From: a virus
Lineage: Duplodnaviria > Caudoviricetes
Direction: 5' to 3' (one strand)
Length of the DNA stretch: 64,000 nt
IMG/VR virus record: IMGVR_UViG_3300028048_000060
Coordinates: 64,001 to 128,000 of that record
Shown: positions 11,281-23,051 of the stretch, piece by piece
How positions within the stretch are numbered: position 1 is the stretch's first letter
How the letters are laid out: every line of letters begins with the position of its first letter
The notes under the pieces: model-generated
Told to the model about the DNA's origin: nothing
Seen by the model: the letters and a program-made list of their open reading frames with translations, nothing else
Databases searched by the model: none
Program-made: the position numbers and the translations under genes

Positions 11281-13636
11281 ATAATCATAGAAAGACAAAA
11301 AGGACATAGAAATTGGAAATGATTAAGGAAACCACTATGACATACATTGAAACTTACTTACTCTTAGAGTATCTCAAAGAAAACTTAGACAAAGACTTAG
11401 ACGATGTTGTTTCTGAGTTAGAGGAAATCAGAGATGGCCCTGACCCACATAGCATCGACATTGAAGAAAAGTTCGAGTCTCACAAAGCAAGATTATTTCT
11501 GAGAATGATTAAGAATCTCAGAGAAACAGTTCACATCTTTAGTGTAGACGCAATGGTGATTATCTTAACTGAGAACTTGAAGTACACAAATGACTACGAA
11601 AGATACGATTAAGCTGACTAAGAAATGTGAGGAGTTTTCCCAGAAAGTCTCAAACGTTGAAAAGATGTTTGAAGAAATGTCAAAAGAAAAGAAATTCCTC
11701 TTAGAGCTAGACAAAGAACAACGAAGAAGACTCTTAGAAGTCCTGGTTCAGTCAGATATCAGGTTTCCTTGTTTGGTACCAGTTGTTACTAAGTTAGGAC
11801 AGATGGTTGAAAAGGAAGATCCTGAAGCATTTAAGATGATTAGTTTTATATTATATCTAAAGAATCAAGGATAGAGAAAATGGTTAGTTTAAAGGATTTC
11901 TTAAAGATTATGGAAGGTTCAGAAGTGACTCTTTGTCAGAGTTGTGACACTGAGATACTTGAAATTACTCCAACTAACATGAACATCTATGTTAATGGAT
12001 GTACATATTTCTCAGTTGAAGAAGTATACAGAAATGTTAAGAATCCTAAGGTGACAAGATGGGCATATACTCAGCCATACTTAGATAACTCATTTCTTGA
12101 AATTTGGTGTAAGGCATAAGGAGAAAAGATATGGAAAAGGTCACAATTAGCAACATTATTGGCTTCTTAGACCCTAATAAAAAGATTAGAATTAGATACA
12201 AGACCGGGATTGTCTATACTGGAAGCATAAAAGGAATAGAAAGGAGTAAGAACAAACTAGCACTTAGAGATGTTATTAGCAAAGACAGAATCACGTCAAT
12301 GGACATTGTAAATGGAATTTTAACTTTTGAAGTAAGGCTTGGCTAATGGATATCACACTTAAAAGCATTATAGGTTTCTTAGATAGTAAAGAGAAAATTA
12401 GAATTGTAAAGAAAGGAGAAGTTGTTTATTCGGGATTGGTTAAGGACCTCTTAAAGAATGAGAACAAGAAAGTCTTGGACGCAGTTGAGTCCAAGATTAC
12501 ATCAATGTACATAAATGAATGCTTGACTGTTGGAGTGGAATGATGAAGTATTTCAGAATTTCAGAAGAAGATTTAATTAAGTTAATCGAAAATGCTAAGT
12601 TCTTAGACGCATTGGAGTCGTATGGATTAGACAACTGGGATGGCTATGATATGGTCGAAGAACACGAATACGAAGTTTCAGAAGAAGACTACGAAGAGTA
12701 TGGAGCCATTTTGGAGACTGAAATAGACTTTGAGATGGAGGGTTAAGAATGGAAGATATCGAAGGATTCAGAATAGAAAGACCTAACTCGGAACTTAACT
12801 TATCAAAGATGGGCAAATGGGAAATGTCCCAAAGTCCTGAACCTGAGTGTACTGGAAGATGCTTTGGGTGTCACAACAGTCTTTGTGTAAACAGTATATT
12901 CCCATATGAGGAATTAGAAAGAATAGAGTTAGAGGAAATAAAAGATGACAAAAATAAGTGACCTTATCGCTCTACTAAGAGCAATTGAATTAGAACATGG
13001 TGATATTCCTGTTAAGTATCTTGCTGGAACAAACCCTTATGGCGACTGTGAGTATGAAGATGTAGAAATCTGTGAGTTTTCTTCAGATAAGGACGAACCA
13101 CAGACCAGTGATAACCCTTGTGCAGATGGATTTGCTCTTATTGAGTAATGGAGACAAAGATGAAGCAAATAATTCATACAGGATTTGGATTTGAATTTGG
13201 ATGTCCTGATATTCTTGGAAAAATAAACAAGATTACGGAAAAAGATAATGGTTTAGAGGTAGATGCTACAATGGATACTGAAAAGTTGAAGAAGTTTATG
13301 GAAAAATTAGATGCTTGGGAAAATAACGAGATAGATAGTCCTGAAACTCAGCATGGTCTTAAAATGAAAGTGGAAATTTTAGATACATCTAATCCATATA
13401 GGAGCCAGTCTAATTATGAGACCCTCTCAAAAATCGAGAATTTCTGTAAAGGACACTGTGTCTTAGACATTAAATTCTTTAAGGAGAGTGAAACATCAAC
13501 GTATGTCACAGTCGTTTACAAAGATTAAAATCCTTTAGTCTTATATAATAAAACACAATCTAAATGTCTTTAAGGGTCTTTCTAAGACCCTTTCTTGTCT
13601 TTTCTTTAGAAATTTTTCTTAAACTCAAATTTTTGC

Positions 13637-13665
13637 TTGATCTTAAACCCAAAATACATTATAAT
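13637..13665 (+). promoter_or_regulatory. Early sigma70-type promoter
   Basis: TTGATC-N17-TATAAT, preceded by a terminator-like hairpin at about 13572-13592. Confidence 0.85.
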
Positions 13666-13705
13666 AATAAACATAGATAAGAGATAAAGGATTTGGAGAG
13701 AAAAG

Positions 13706-13858
13706 ATGACAGAGATAGTTTTAATCACTTACTTAGTATTATCCTTTGGATATGCGTTCTATGTTGTGTTCTCTGCTAGAGAACAGGACTCTGGTTTTGC
13801 TATTGTGGTGTTGCTGACCACTTTAGTTATTACATTTAACTATCTTGGAATCCTTTAA
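13706..13858 (+). CDS. 50-aa two-helix membrane protein (not in ORF track)
   Basis: GGAG RBS; MTEIVLITYLVLSFGYAFYVVFSAREQDSGFAIVVLLTTLVITFNYLGIL; first ORF after a promoter. Confidence 0.65.
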   Translation: MTEIVLITYLVLSFGYAFYVVFSAREQDSGFAIVVLLTTLVITFNYLGIL

Positions 13859-15766
13859 GGAGAAACGACAATGAATATCAACGCTATCACAGACATCAAA
13901 AATGTACTTTCTAAGGAAGACTTCGAAGAGTTCGACAAGACCTTTTGGGAGCATCCTGAAGAAACCATCAAGTCTATCAAAGAACAGTATAAAGAAATAC
14001 TGTTTATCCATGAAAATACTCCATGCACTTGTAATCTCTTCGGAGAAGACTACGAGACTCCAAGCGGAGTAGTAGTTGTGATGTCTACTGACAACATTCT
14101 AAGCACTAGACGTTTCAAAGAAGGGAAAACAGTGTTCTTTCCAGGAAAGATTTTAGAAGTCACACATAATGAACATCCTTCAGGATTCTGTGAACTCCAT
14201 ATAAAGACTTTCCACGAAGGTCCTTGGGGAGACTCGGTGATGTTCTTTACTACTGAGTATGAAGATGGGATTCCAGGAGGATTATAATGGACTTTTATAA
14301 CTCAACAGTAAGAGATTGGATTAAGCACATCCCTAAAAGATTTGGAGTTTATGTAGTAGATGAAGAAGGATGGAGTAACGGAATTACATTCGAGAACGTC
14401 GACTATATTCCAGGAATAGACCTAGTTCCTAACAGGATAGAATTCAATATTATTCTTAGAACAGTCACATTCTTCGTATCTGATGTTAAGGACCCTGAGA
14501 ATGTCTAAACTGAGCAAAGCTAAAGATGACCTCAGGTTTCTTAAAAGAAGACTAGAGGAAAAGGAAGAAGACTGTAATAGTCTTTGGTGTAGTCTGGAAG
14601 AAGACTATATTAAAAGAGAAATTAAGGGTCTTAAAAGACTAATCACTTACACAGAACACTATATCTTCACTGAACAGATGAAGAAGAATTTAAAGGATTT
14701 AAAATGACTTTATATCATATAATATCAATACTTCTTGTCTTTAACTTAATAATGAGTATCGTTCTTATCATTATCAATGCAAACAGTGAAGGCAGAACAC
14801 CTAACGCAGTTTGGGATTTTATTCTATGTGTGTCTGTGTTTATTTGTATGGGTTTAGAAGGGAAAGCCATTCCACAGAAACCTGAAACAGAATATGTGGA
14901 ATGTATACGTTACTTTCAGAATAACAAGATAGAAGAACCAACTAACGAAGATGGTTCAAGACTGTGTGCAAAGTATTTAAAGGAGCAAAAAGATGCTAAA
15001 TGAAAAAGAATTTTGGGAAACTGTCTGTGTCTTAGATGTTATCCCTATGGCATCAGATGAAGTTCTTACAATCAATGAAGTCCAATTTGAACCTTTTGAG
15101 AAGTTGAGCGACCTTAGAGATGGGACTCTAGGACTCTTAACAGGAATGACCTCAGAGCAGTTTAAACAGATATTAGTGAAAGAGACTCTTAGACAAAAGA
15201 TAGACTCACATCTGAGAGACTTAGTCAGAAGAGGATTTTATGTTGCTATAGTTGGTGATTTATTTGCGAGAGTGTACAAATAGGAACTTTAGGGAGACAA
15301 AAATGACCTTTAAAGAATTAGCGGAGCAATTTCTAAAAGACAACCCTGAAGGGATTTGGGTCCATTTTAATGATGACATAGACGAACGTTCTTATTCTGA
15401 ACGCTATCTTGATGAATACTACTTAACAGATTTTAACGACGTTCTTGATAAGGAAGTCAATGGCTACTTTATTGACGATGATTGTGATTATGAGATTTTG
15501 GAGATTTTTTGGTGATTGGCGATTGGGGAATTTTAAATGATGCTTGATGAACTTATTGAAAGACTCTGTGAACTTAAGAGAGCATACGGTGAACAGGAAG
15601 TTAAGTTGCTCACCCAGAAGGATGCTTGGTCATGGGACGAACACTGCATTGATGGCACTGGAGTCTATTTTAGTGGAGACGATAGAGCAGTTGTTATAGA
15701 AGGAAAAAACAAGACCGAGAGTAGAGAGTAAAGAGTAAATAAATTTGTCTTTAACTCAAAAATTCC

Positions 15767-15795
15767 TTGATTTTCTTTCTAAGTTACATTATAAT
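15767..15795 (+). promoter_or_regulatory. Early sigma70-type promoter
   Basis: TTGATT-N17-TATAAT; implies the downstream ORF starts at ATG 15838, not 15745. Confidence 0.85.
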
Positions 15796-16513
15796 AATAA
15801 ACATAAAGAAGAAAGGAACAGAGAAAGGAATATAAATATGAGCATTAAGTACACAGATGCATACAGAAAGGAACTCATTGAAACCCTCAGAGAAGCAAGT
15901 AAGATTGAAAATCCTTCTGAGATGGAACAGAAGATGTTTGCTTTTGTTATCGACCTCTGGAGAATTATACGTAAGGAAGAAACTAAGTCTGATGGCGATG
16001 TTGAGTTTGTTTCCTCAGAAGAAGCAAAGTCTAACTCAATGGGTGTCTTTAAGCAGTCTGAAGCATTATCAAAGGCATTTAGGGATTAAACTTTAAAAGG
16101 ATAAAAAATGAACAAATACGAATTTTTCTACAAGAGTGGTAATAATTCAGATTACGATGACCCAAGTGATACTTTTATCGAATCATTTAAAGCAGAAGAT
16201 GATTTTCACGCTTATGTGTTAATCTTATCATATCTGCTTCGTGATGAAATTGACGACTTCAGTGAAAGAGACTTTAAAAATGCTCTTGAGTCCCTCGAAG
16301 ATAACTTCGATGAAGAGATTACAATTGGATGGATTAGAAAGATGCTTTCAAACATTTGTGATTTCCCTTATAATGATTGTGTCGAACTCTACTATATCAA
16401 GAGAAATGGAAAGTTCATTGATAAGTTTGATCCAATGCCTGATTTCTTCAAGAACAGAAGAATCAAGGCAGAAATTGAGAGAATTGACTATTGATTACTA
16501 ATTAAAATGTTAA

Positions 16514-16536
16514 AAGGGACATCTTAGATGTCCCTT
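16514..16536. terminator. Bidirectional intrinsic terminator
   Basis: AAGGGACATC-tta-GATGTCCCTT between convergent genes. Confidence 0.75.
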
Positions 16537-16543
16537 ATTTCTA

Positions 16544-17041
16544 TCATATCTTAATAACTTCTACAGATGCTTGCTTAAAGATTTCTAAAGCATCTTCACA
16601 ATTCTTAATCCAGTTTGACTTAGGTTCTGAGTCATAAACTACTCTTTTTATTCCTGACTGAACGATAGCCTTAGCACATTCTGTACAGCATGGAAGTCCA
16701 TGAACATAGATGGTGCAACCCTCTACACTTGCGCCATTATACAAAGCATTATATATAGCATTTGCCTCTGCATGGATAATAAATCTGTACTTAGTCTCTT
16801 TGTCAGCGTATAACTCCTCAGAATCATTAAATCCTCTTGGAAATCCATTATAACCCTGTGATACTATCTGTCCCTTTTGACCTACTATAATGGCGCCAAC
16901 TTTAGTTGATGGATCCTTAGACCAGCTGGATATCTCCTTAGAGAGATTTAAGAACCTGATATCCTTAGCCTTTTGCTTTAAGGTTTCAATTTCGTTAATT
17001 TCTTCTTCGATTTCAGATTTCTTAAAAAGTTTTGAAAGCAT
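16544..17041 (-). CDS. cd: dCMP deaminase
   Basis: SKDPSTKVGA, GYNGFPRG, HAEANA, PCCTECAKAIVQSGI zinc-deaminase motifs. Confidence 0.93.
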   Translation of the reverse strand: MLSKLFKKSEIEEEINEIETLKQKAKDIRFLNLSKEISSWSKDPSTKVGAIIVGQKGQIVSQGYNGFPRGFNDSEELYADKETKYRFIIHAEANAIYNALYNGASVEGCTIYVHGLPCCTECAKAIVQSGIKRVVYDSEPKSNWIKNCEDALEIFKQASVEVIKI

Positions 17042-17630
17042 ACATTATCCTTCTGAGTTAAATTTTTAGTATTTATGAACATTTAAATCTTAGTTTCTAT
17101 ATAACAAACATCATTAAAAGAATCTTAATATCCTAAAGATACTTAAATGTCTTAGAATGCGTATAGCTAAATTTTGGATTATATTCCTTTAGGTCTTTGA
17201 TGAAAATTTTAGATATTGTGTCGTCTATGATACACAGTTCTGAATTAGTTTTGAGGAGATTTTCAAAGTCTTCAAACTTAATCTTAAAGACTCTTGGACT
17301 CTTAGACTTAGACTCTGGCGCGTTTGGTTTAAGGAACTTTGGGTCTCCTGGTTCTAATGTGTCTTCGATTTCTATTTCTACAGTGTTATTAAGAACCTGA
17401 AGAATTTTTAGAATCCTGGTTTCTTCGAAGTCTAAGGATTCATTGATGTAGGACTTAAAGATTAGTTTTCCAAATAGATAGCACATTTTAGTTCCTCTGT
17501 ATATTATGTATTTATGGAACATTTAGATGTCTTTATATAAGAACAATGATTTAAATGTTTATGAAACATCTAAATATTGATTTTTTATTTAAATCCTATT
17601 ATAATAAAAATAAGGAGATAGTATGGGATT

Positions 17631-18419
17631 ATGAGACAAAGAACAATTAAACACTCAGTAAGACTTTCAGGAATAGGTCTCCATACTGGAGAAATTATCC
17701 ATGTCTTACTCAAACCTTCAAAGGCACCAGGGATTTCCTTTAACAACATCAAAGTGAGTCCTGACACTGTCTTTGGAACATCATTATGCACCAAAATTGG
17801 GCAAGTAAGGACTATTGAGCACTTAATGTGTGCATTGTCTATTCTTAATATAACAAACTTAGATATTATCTTAGATGGAGACGAAATCCCTATCTTAGAT
17901 GGTGGAGCATTTGTGTTTGTTGAGATGCTCAAGGATAATGTCTTGGACTTAGATGGTTTCATCAAAGATTTCTTTATTCCAAATGAAGGAATAGAAGTTA
18001 TAGATGAAAATGACTCTGAAAAGTATATCAGAGCATATCCATCAGGAAAATTAAGCATTAACCTTAAAGTAGATTTTAATGGATTAAAACAACAGTTCTT
18101 TTATAATAAAGACATAAGCACATCTTTAGAATTCCTAAGAGCAAGGACGTTCTGTTATCTTAGAGATGTTGAGGAGATGCAGAAGAATGGAATGGCACTG
18201 GGTGGAAACTTAAATAACTCCATTGTCTTAGATAATGATAATAATCCTATAAACCACTTTCTGTTTGACAATGAGTTAGCTAAACACAAGATGATAGACT
18301 TTATAGGGGACTTAAGTGCTTTAGGATTTCCTGTTATAGGAAGAATAGAGTGTTCTAAACCTGGGCATACTATAAACAATTTGTTTGTTAAGAAATTAAA
18401 GGAAAAGTTAAATGTTTAA
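17631..18419 (+). CDS. lpxC: UDP-3-O-acyl-N-acetylglucosamine deacetylase
   Basis: MRQRTI..GIGLHTG, TIEHLMCAL, EIPILDG, ARTF, ALGG.L.N.IV, HKMIDFIGDL, KPGH: LpxC zinc and catalytic motifs. Confidence 0.93.
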   Translation: MRQRTIKHSVRLSGIGLHTGEIIHVLLKPSKAPGISFNNIKVSPDTVFGTSLCTKIGQVRTIEHLMCALSILNITNLDIILDGDEIPILDGGAFVFVEMLKDNVLDLDGFIKDFFIPNEGIEVIDENDSEKYIRAYPSGKLSINLKVDFNGLKQQFFYNKDISTSLEFLRARTFCYLRDVEEMQKNGMALGGNLNNSIVLDNDNNPINHFLFDNELAKHKMIDFIGDLSALGFPVIGRIECSKPGHTINNLFVKKLKEKLNV

Positions 18420-18801
18420 TGCTTTTAAAAAGATACTGAACTTAGAAGACTTAACCCAAGAGGACTTAGACAAGATAAGTCCATTCCTGATGTTAAGATG
18501 GCTAGAGGGAAATCCAGGATGCTTACAGATAGCACAGTTCCTGAATGTATATAACAAAATCCCTTTAGAAGCACAAATAGAGTTTATAAAGTCTATTACT
18601 CAAGGAAGGATTAAGTACATTAAGTTTATAAAAGGAAACAAGATAGAGTCTAAAGAACTTGATCTTATATCAAAATACTTTAAAATATCTTTAGACAAAG
18701 CACTTTTATACTCTGAGTTTCTTTCTAAGGAAGACATAAAGAGTATTGAGTCACAGTTAGATTCATTAGAGCCAGGCCAAAAAATTAAGAGAGGAAAGTG
18801 A
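18412..18801 (+). CDS. Clamp loader small subunit, T4 gp62-like
   Basis: PF.M.RWL...P.C...A..LN......Q..F, KY.K..K, L.SKYFKIS...A..Y pattern and size. Confidence 0.7.
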   Translation: MFNAFKKILNLEDLTQEDLDKISPFLMLRWLEGNPGCLQIAQFLNVYNKIPLEAQIEFIKSITQGRIKYIKFIKGNKIESKELDLISKYFKISLDKALLYSEFLSKEDIKSIESQLDSLEPGQKIKRGK

Positions 18802-19700
18802 TGATTGTTTTTACACATAATGACTTAGATGCGGTTGGATGTGAATTATGTCTTAGACACAGTAACTTAAAGATAGACAAAGTGTTCTATGAAGACTACG
18901 TTACAATGAAGGACACTGTTCGAGATATTATCACATACGGGGCTAAGAACAACATAGACACTGTGTTCATTTGTGACTTGAGTTTCTCAGAGAGACCTGA
19001 GTTGCTCCAAAATCTTCTAAACCACTTTAAGACTGTCATTCACTTAGACCACCACTCATATCCTGAGGACTTTAGTGTCAAAGTAAGAGATAACTGCATC
19101 TTAAAACAAATTATAGACCCTTCAAGATGTGGATGTAAGATTGTCTATGATGTTCTGAAACTGAATATTCCTTATCTTAATGCTGTTATTGAAGTAATAG
19201 ATAAGTTTGACCGATTTGTCACTGACAGTCCTTTATTTGAAAAATCAGTAAGTATGAACTCTTACTTTTGGAAGTATGGCTATCAGCATTTCTTAGAACA
19301 GTTTAAAGAAAAAATTCCAGTTTCTTATAATAAAGACATAGAAATATTAAATGAAGAGACTTTAAGAGAACTTGAAGAACAAACTAAGAAAGGACAGATT
19401 TTAAAATCAGACAAAGTGACTATCAAGTTTGGAGATATCCACTTTGTAGAAGCAGAAATAAATGCTTTTAATCAAGGGCAAAGAGGGTTTCTGTGTATTA
19501 CTCCAGGAAACATCAAGGTAAGACTCAACAACAAGATATTCTCTCAGGAAGAGGCAGAGAATCTTAGACTTAAAATTTTGGGTTCAGTTAATGGCCACCC
19601 TCATGCATTTGTAGATGTCTTTAAGAATGATAATCCTGAACTTACCTTTGGTGAAATCCAAAGAATTTGTAATATCATTAACTCTTATGAAGGACTTTAA
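18798..19700 (+). CDS. DHH-family phosphoesterase
   Basis: THNDLDAVG, CDLS, LDHH motifs. Confidence 0.8.
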   Translation: MMIVFTHNDLDAVGCELCLRHSNLKIDKVFYEDYVTMKDTVRDIITYGAKNNIDTVFICDLSFSERPELLQNLLNHFKTVIHLDHHSYPEDFSVKVRDNCILKQIIDPSRCGCKIVYDVLKLNIPYLNAVIEVIDKFDRFVTDSPLFEKSVSMNSYFWKYGYQHFLEQFKEKIPVSYNKDIEILNEETLRELEEQTKKGQILKSDKVTIKFGDIHFVEAEINAFNQGQRGFLCITPGNIKVRLNNKIFSQEEAENLRLKILGSVNGHPHAFVDVFKNDNPELTFGEIQRICNIINSYEGL

Positions 19701-19964
19701 TATGCTTACATTAGGACAGTTACTTTATGACTTAAATGACTCATATACTCATTTTGATGTTTACGAGCAGGAAGATACCGAGAACGTAGAAGAAGTTCTT
19801 CCTTCTAAGAAGAAAATTCTTTCTAATGCTTCCCAAGACGAGATTGTAGAGTTCTCAAAGAACCATCTCTTAGATGAAGTCCTGTTAGCATATAATGACT
19901 TAGTTCACAGAAGTTCAGGAAACAAGATACATATAGTCTTAGCCAAGAAGTCAGAATAAGAGAC

Positions 19965-19993
19965 TTGAAATTTTGGATGTTTTATATTATAAT
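19965..19993 (+). promoter_or_regulatory. Sigma70-type promoter for the topoisomerase locus
   Basis: TTGAAA-N17-TATAAT. Confidence 0.7.
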
Positions 19994-20061
19994 AAATAAA
20001 ATGTTAAGAATGCTTTAGTCACAGAAGACTAAAGCATTTGAATTTTTAAGGAATATCAAAA

Positions 20062-21771
20062 TTGAAAGAAATATACAAAAAGAAAACATCAAGAGAACAT
20101 ATCTTAGAAAGACCAAATATGTATATTGGTGCTTCTAATGTAGTGGAAGTAGAAGATTATTGCTTAGTTAATGACAAGATTCAGAGAACTTCAGTTAAGT
20201 GTGTTCCAGGACTTTTAAAGATTATCAACGAGATTATAGACAACTCAGTTGACATTGCTATTAAGACTAACTTTGAAGGATGTAACTCAGTAAGTGTTAA
20301 AATCACAGATGATACTGTTGTTGTAGAAGACAATGGTCCAGGAATTCCAGTTTCTAAAAATCCTGAAGGAGAGTATATCCCATTTGTTTGTTGGGGATAT
20401 GCAATGTCAGGTTCTAACTTTGACAATGACGAGAACAGAACTCACTTAGGGATGAATGGTGTAGGAAGTTACTGTACGAATGTTTGGAGTACAGAATTTA
20501 CTGGTATTTCAGATGACTCTAAGAACAGATACACTGTTAAGTTTAAAAATAATGCTTTAGATTATAAGGAAACTGTTTCAGACTCAGTCTCTAAGGGCGT
20601 TACTGTTAAGTTTAAACCTGACCTTAAGCGCTTTGGAATTGAAAAGATAGACCAAACTCACAAAGACTTAGTCTATCAGAGACTGTTAAATCTCAGTATT
20701 AGCTTCCCTCTAATCCAGTTTAAGTTTAATAACAAAGCTATTAAGACTAAGAACTTTAAGTCTTATGTTAGCAGTTTTGCTGATGAAGGAAGTTTTGAGG
20801 TCTTTCAGAGTGATAATTTTAGCTTTGCTGTTATTCCAAGTCCTTCAGACGAGTTCCAACAGTTTAGTTATCTAAATGGTCTTAATATCAAAGATGGTGG
20901 AACTCACATTGATGTGATAGCCAACAACATTGTTAGTTTACTGAGAGACAGTCTTTCTAAGAAGTACAAGACTATTAAACCTGCTGATATTAAGAACAAG
21001 CTGATGGTAGTTGGTGTGTTTAAGAACTTTGCTAATCCTAAGTTCAACTCTCAGACCAAGGAAAAGCTGACTAACTCTGTTTCAGAAGTAAATCGGTACT
21101 TTGGTGATATCGACTATCAGAGTCTTTCAAAGAAAATTTTAAAGAACTCTAATATAATTAGTCCTATCATAGAAGTCTTTAAGATAAAGGAAGAACTTAA
21201 AAACAGACAGGAATTAAAGACTCTTAATAAAGCAAAGAAAATCAAAGACGAGCATTACTTACCTGCTTTAAAGGAAAGTAAATACATAATGGTCGTTGAG
21301 GGACTTTGCTTAGATGAAAATACTGAAGTTCTTACATCTGATTTTAGAAGCAAACAAATAAGAGACATAGACATTGGTGATACAATCATAGATTCTAACT
21401 TTAATCCAGTAACAGTTCTCAGTAAATCACACAAACTCACTAAGACACTTAGAGTAAATTTTAGAGATGGATATGTTATTTGTGGATTAGAGCATCCATT
21501 CTTTGTATATAATAAAGAAAGAAAAATATTTGAGTATGTTAAGGCTAAAGACTTAAATTCAAATTATTCTCTTGTTAGGTCTAAGATTAGAAATGATGCT
21601 AGATTCTCAGAAGTGCTTGATGTAGAAGAAAAACGTTTGTTTCTTGAAGAAACTTATGTAGATTTTACAGATGATGATTTCTTTTGTGTTATTAGAGACG
21701 GAAGAATTCAAAGAGTTAAAGGAACTGAGATAGTTAAAGGAGACTGTTTGATTTTACAATGTGTGAGTTAA
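20062..21771 (+). CDS. DNA topoisomerase II large subunit (gp39-like) N-extein (415 aa) fused to split-intein N-half
   Basis: HILERPNMYIG, EIIDNSVD, DNGPGIP, GMNGVG, SQTKEKL GHKL motifs; VVEGL followed by CLDENTEV. Confidence 0.93.
   Translation: MKEIYKKKTSREHILERPNMYIGASNVVEVEDYCLVNDKIQRTSVKCVPGLLKIINEIIDNSVDIAIKTNFEGCNSVSVKITDDTVVVEDNGPGIPVSKNPEGEYIPFVCWGYAMSGSNFDNDENRTHLGMNGVGSYCTNVWSTEFTGISDDSKNRYTVKFKNNALDYKETVSDSVSKGVTVKFKPDLKRFGIEKIDQTHKDLVYQRLLNLSISFPLIQFKFNNKAIKTKNFKSYVSSFADEGSFEVFQSDNFSFAVIPSPSDEFQQFSYLNGLNIKDGGTHIDVIANNIVSLLRDSLSKKYKTIKPADIKNKLMVVGVFKNFANPKFNSQTKEKLTNSVSEVNRYFGDIDYQSLSKKILKNSNIISPIIEVFKIKEELKNRQELKTLNKAKKIKDEHYLPALKESKYIMVVEGLCLDENTEVLTSDFRSKQIRDIDIGDTIIDSNFNPVTVLSKSHKLTKTLRVNFRDGYVICGLEHPFFVYNKERKIFEYVKAKDLNSNYSLVRSKIRNDARFSEVLDVEEKRLFLEETYVDFTDDDFFCVIRDGRIQRVKGTEIVKGDCLILQCVS
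21307..21771 (+). mobile_element. Split intein N-half (154 aa)
   Basis: Block A CLDENTEVLT..I.DI.IGD; block B VICGLEHPF; ends at a stop codon. Confidence 0.88.
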
Positions 21772-23051
21772 AGATATTTGTAGGAGTCTTAACAGATGAA
21801 CTTCTAAAGAAATTCACCACTTTTCCAAAGGCCAGTTTGTTCTATCCATTCAAAGAACTTACTGGAATGAAGTGTAAAGACTGGTGTTTAGAAAGATTAC
21901 GAGACTTAGAGACTCCTAAATGTGCTTGGTGTGGGAAGATTGTTAAATTTGATACTGAGTATTGTATTGAAGAGAGAAATTTGTTTGTCATTGTTAAATT
22001 TATAGAGGAGCATATTTGCTTTGATACTAAGAACTGTCCAAGAAAAGGTCTTAATCCAAACTCAGTTGAATTTGTTTCAAAGGCTTATAATATAAGCGAA
22101 GAAGAAGCTAACAGAAGAATCTTAGAACGAAATAAATCTCCATTTTATAGGACAAATTATGCCTCAGATGAAGAATATAGTAATGCGCAAAAACGAAATG
22201 AACAATGGTATATAAACCAGTACGAAGATGGAAAGGAAAGATTTATCAAGAGAAACAAAGCCATTTCTGAAAGAGTTACAAAGGAAGGGATGATAAGAAT
22301 ATACGGAAAGGAAAAGGCAGAAGCGATTTGTAAAAGTAAAGCAACGTGTTGTAAAGAACACTTTATGAAAAAGTTTGGCGATTCTTGGAAAGAAGAATAT
22401 GAGAAACATCTTCGAAAAGTAGAACAAACAGAGGAATCATTTATTGCGCGATACGGTCCCGAACTTGGAAAAATAAAGTGGGAAGGCCATATAAAATTAG
22501 TGAAACAAATTCTGAAGAAAAGACTCGAAAATGAAACCTCTGAACAGAGAAGAAAACGATGTTGCTTTTCAAAGGAGTTCTTTAAAACAAGATATGGAAA
22601 TAATTGGAAAACCTACTATAAAGAATTTCAGAAGAAGATACAAGTAAAGGCAGGAAAAGCATCAAAACTTTCTTTAAAATATTTTAAACCTATTATTGAT
22701 TTTCTCGATAAGAATCATTTAAAATATTATATAGGTGTAGATGGAAATAAGGAGTATTTCCTTTGGGATAGGAAAGCTAAGAAACTTCGATTATATGACC
22801 TTTGTATCTTAGATATAAAGACTATAATTGAATTTCATGGCTCTCTATATCATTATAACAAAGATAACCTTTTAGAAAATCCTTTTGGTTTTTCATTAAA
22901 TGAAAGAAAAGAAAAAGACGAACAAAAGGAAAGATTAGCGAAAGCAAATGGATTTGACTACTACGTTATATTTGACACAGATGATAGGACAGAGATGGCT
23001 GAAAAGTTAATCAAAATAATTCAGGAAAAAATAAATGCAAGAACTAACTAA
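21759..23051 (+). CDS. Free-standing homing endonuclease between the intein halves, PD-(D/E)XK/Vsr-like C-terminus
   Basis: CxxC, repeated (R/K)YG helical units, YDLCILDIKTIIEFHGSLYH. Confidence 0.75.
   Translation: MCELKIFVGVLTDELLKKFTTFPKASLFYPFKELTGMKCKDWCLERLRDLETPKCAWCGKIVKFDTEYCIEERNLFVIVKFIEEHICFDTKNCPRKGLNPNSVEFVSKAYNISEEEANRRILERNKSPFYRTNYASDEEYSNAQKRNEQWYINQYEDGKERFIKRNKAISERVTKEGMIRIYGKEKAEAICKSKATCCKEHFMKKFGDSWKEEYEKHLRKVEQTEESFIARYGPELGKIKWEGHIKLVKQILKKRLENETSEQRRKRCCFSKEFFKTRYGNNWKTYYKEFQKKIQVKAGKASKLSLKYFKPIIDFLDKNHLKYYIGVDGNKEYFLWDRKAKKLRLYDLCILDIKTIIEFHGSLYHYNKDNLLENPFGFSLNERKEKDEQKERLAKANGFDYYVIFDTDDRTEMAEKLIKIIQEKINARTN

Larger units (their letters stand above)
1..16494 (+). 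other. Early/accessory region of about 50 small, tightly packed, co-oriented hypothetical phage ORFs
   Basis: Overlapping or abutting acidic small ORFs with AGGA/GGAG RBSs, punctuated by repeated TTGA-N17-TATAAT promoters; no recognisable domains in most. Confidence 0.85.

Noticed and set aside
15745-15837. Upstream extensions in the ORF track (15745, 29105, 1563, 57236)
   Set aside because: They run through promoter or RBS sequence; downstream ATGs (15838, 29156, 1593, 57257) fit better.
15831-15838. TATAAATA as a late promoter
   Set aside because: It overlaps the start codon downstream of the RBS in an early operon and is probably a chance match.
17585-18058. Antisense ORFs over lpxC, topoisomerase, fibre, tnpB and ligase genes
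   Set aside because: Shadow frames of well-supported genes, with no motifs or RBS.
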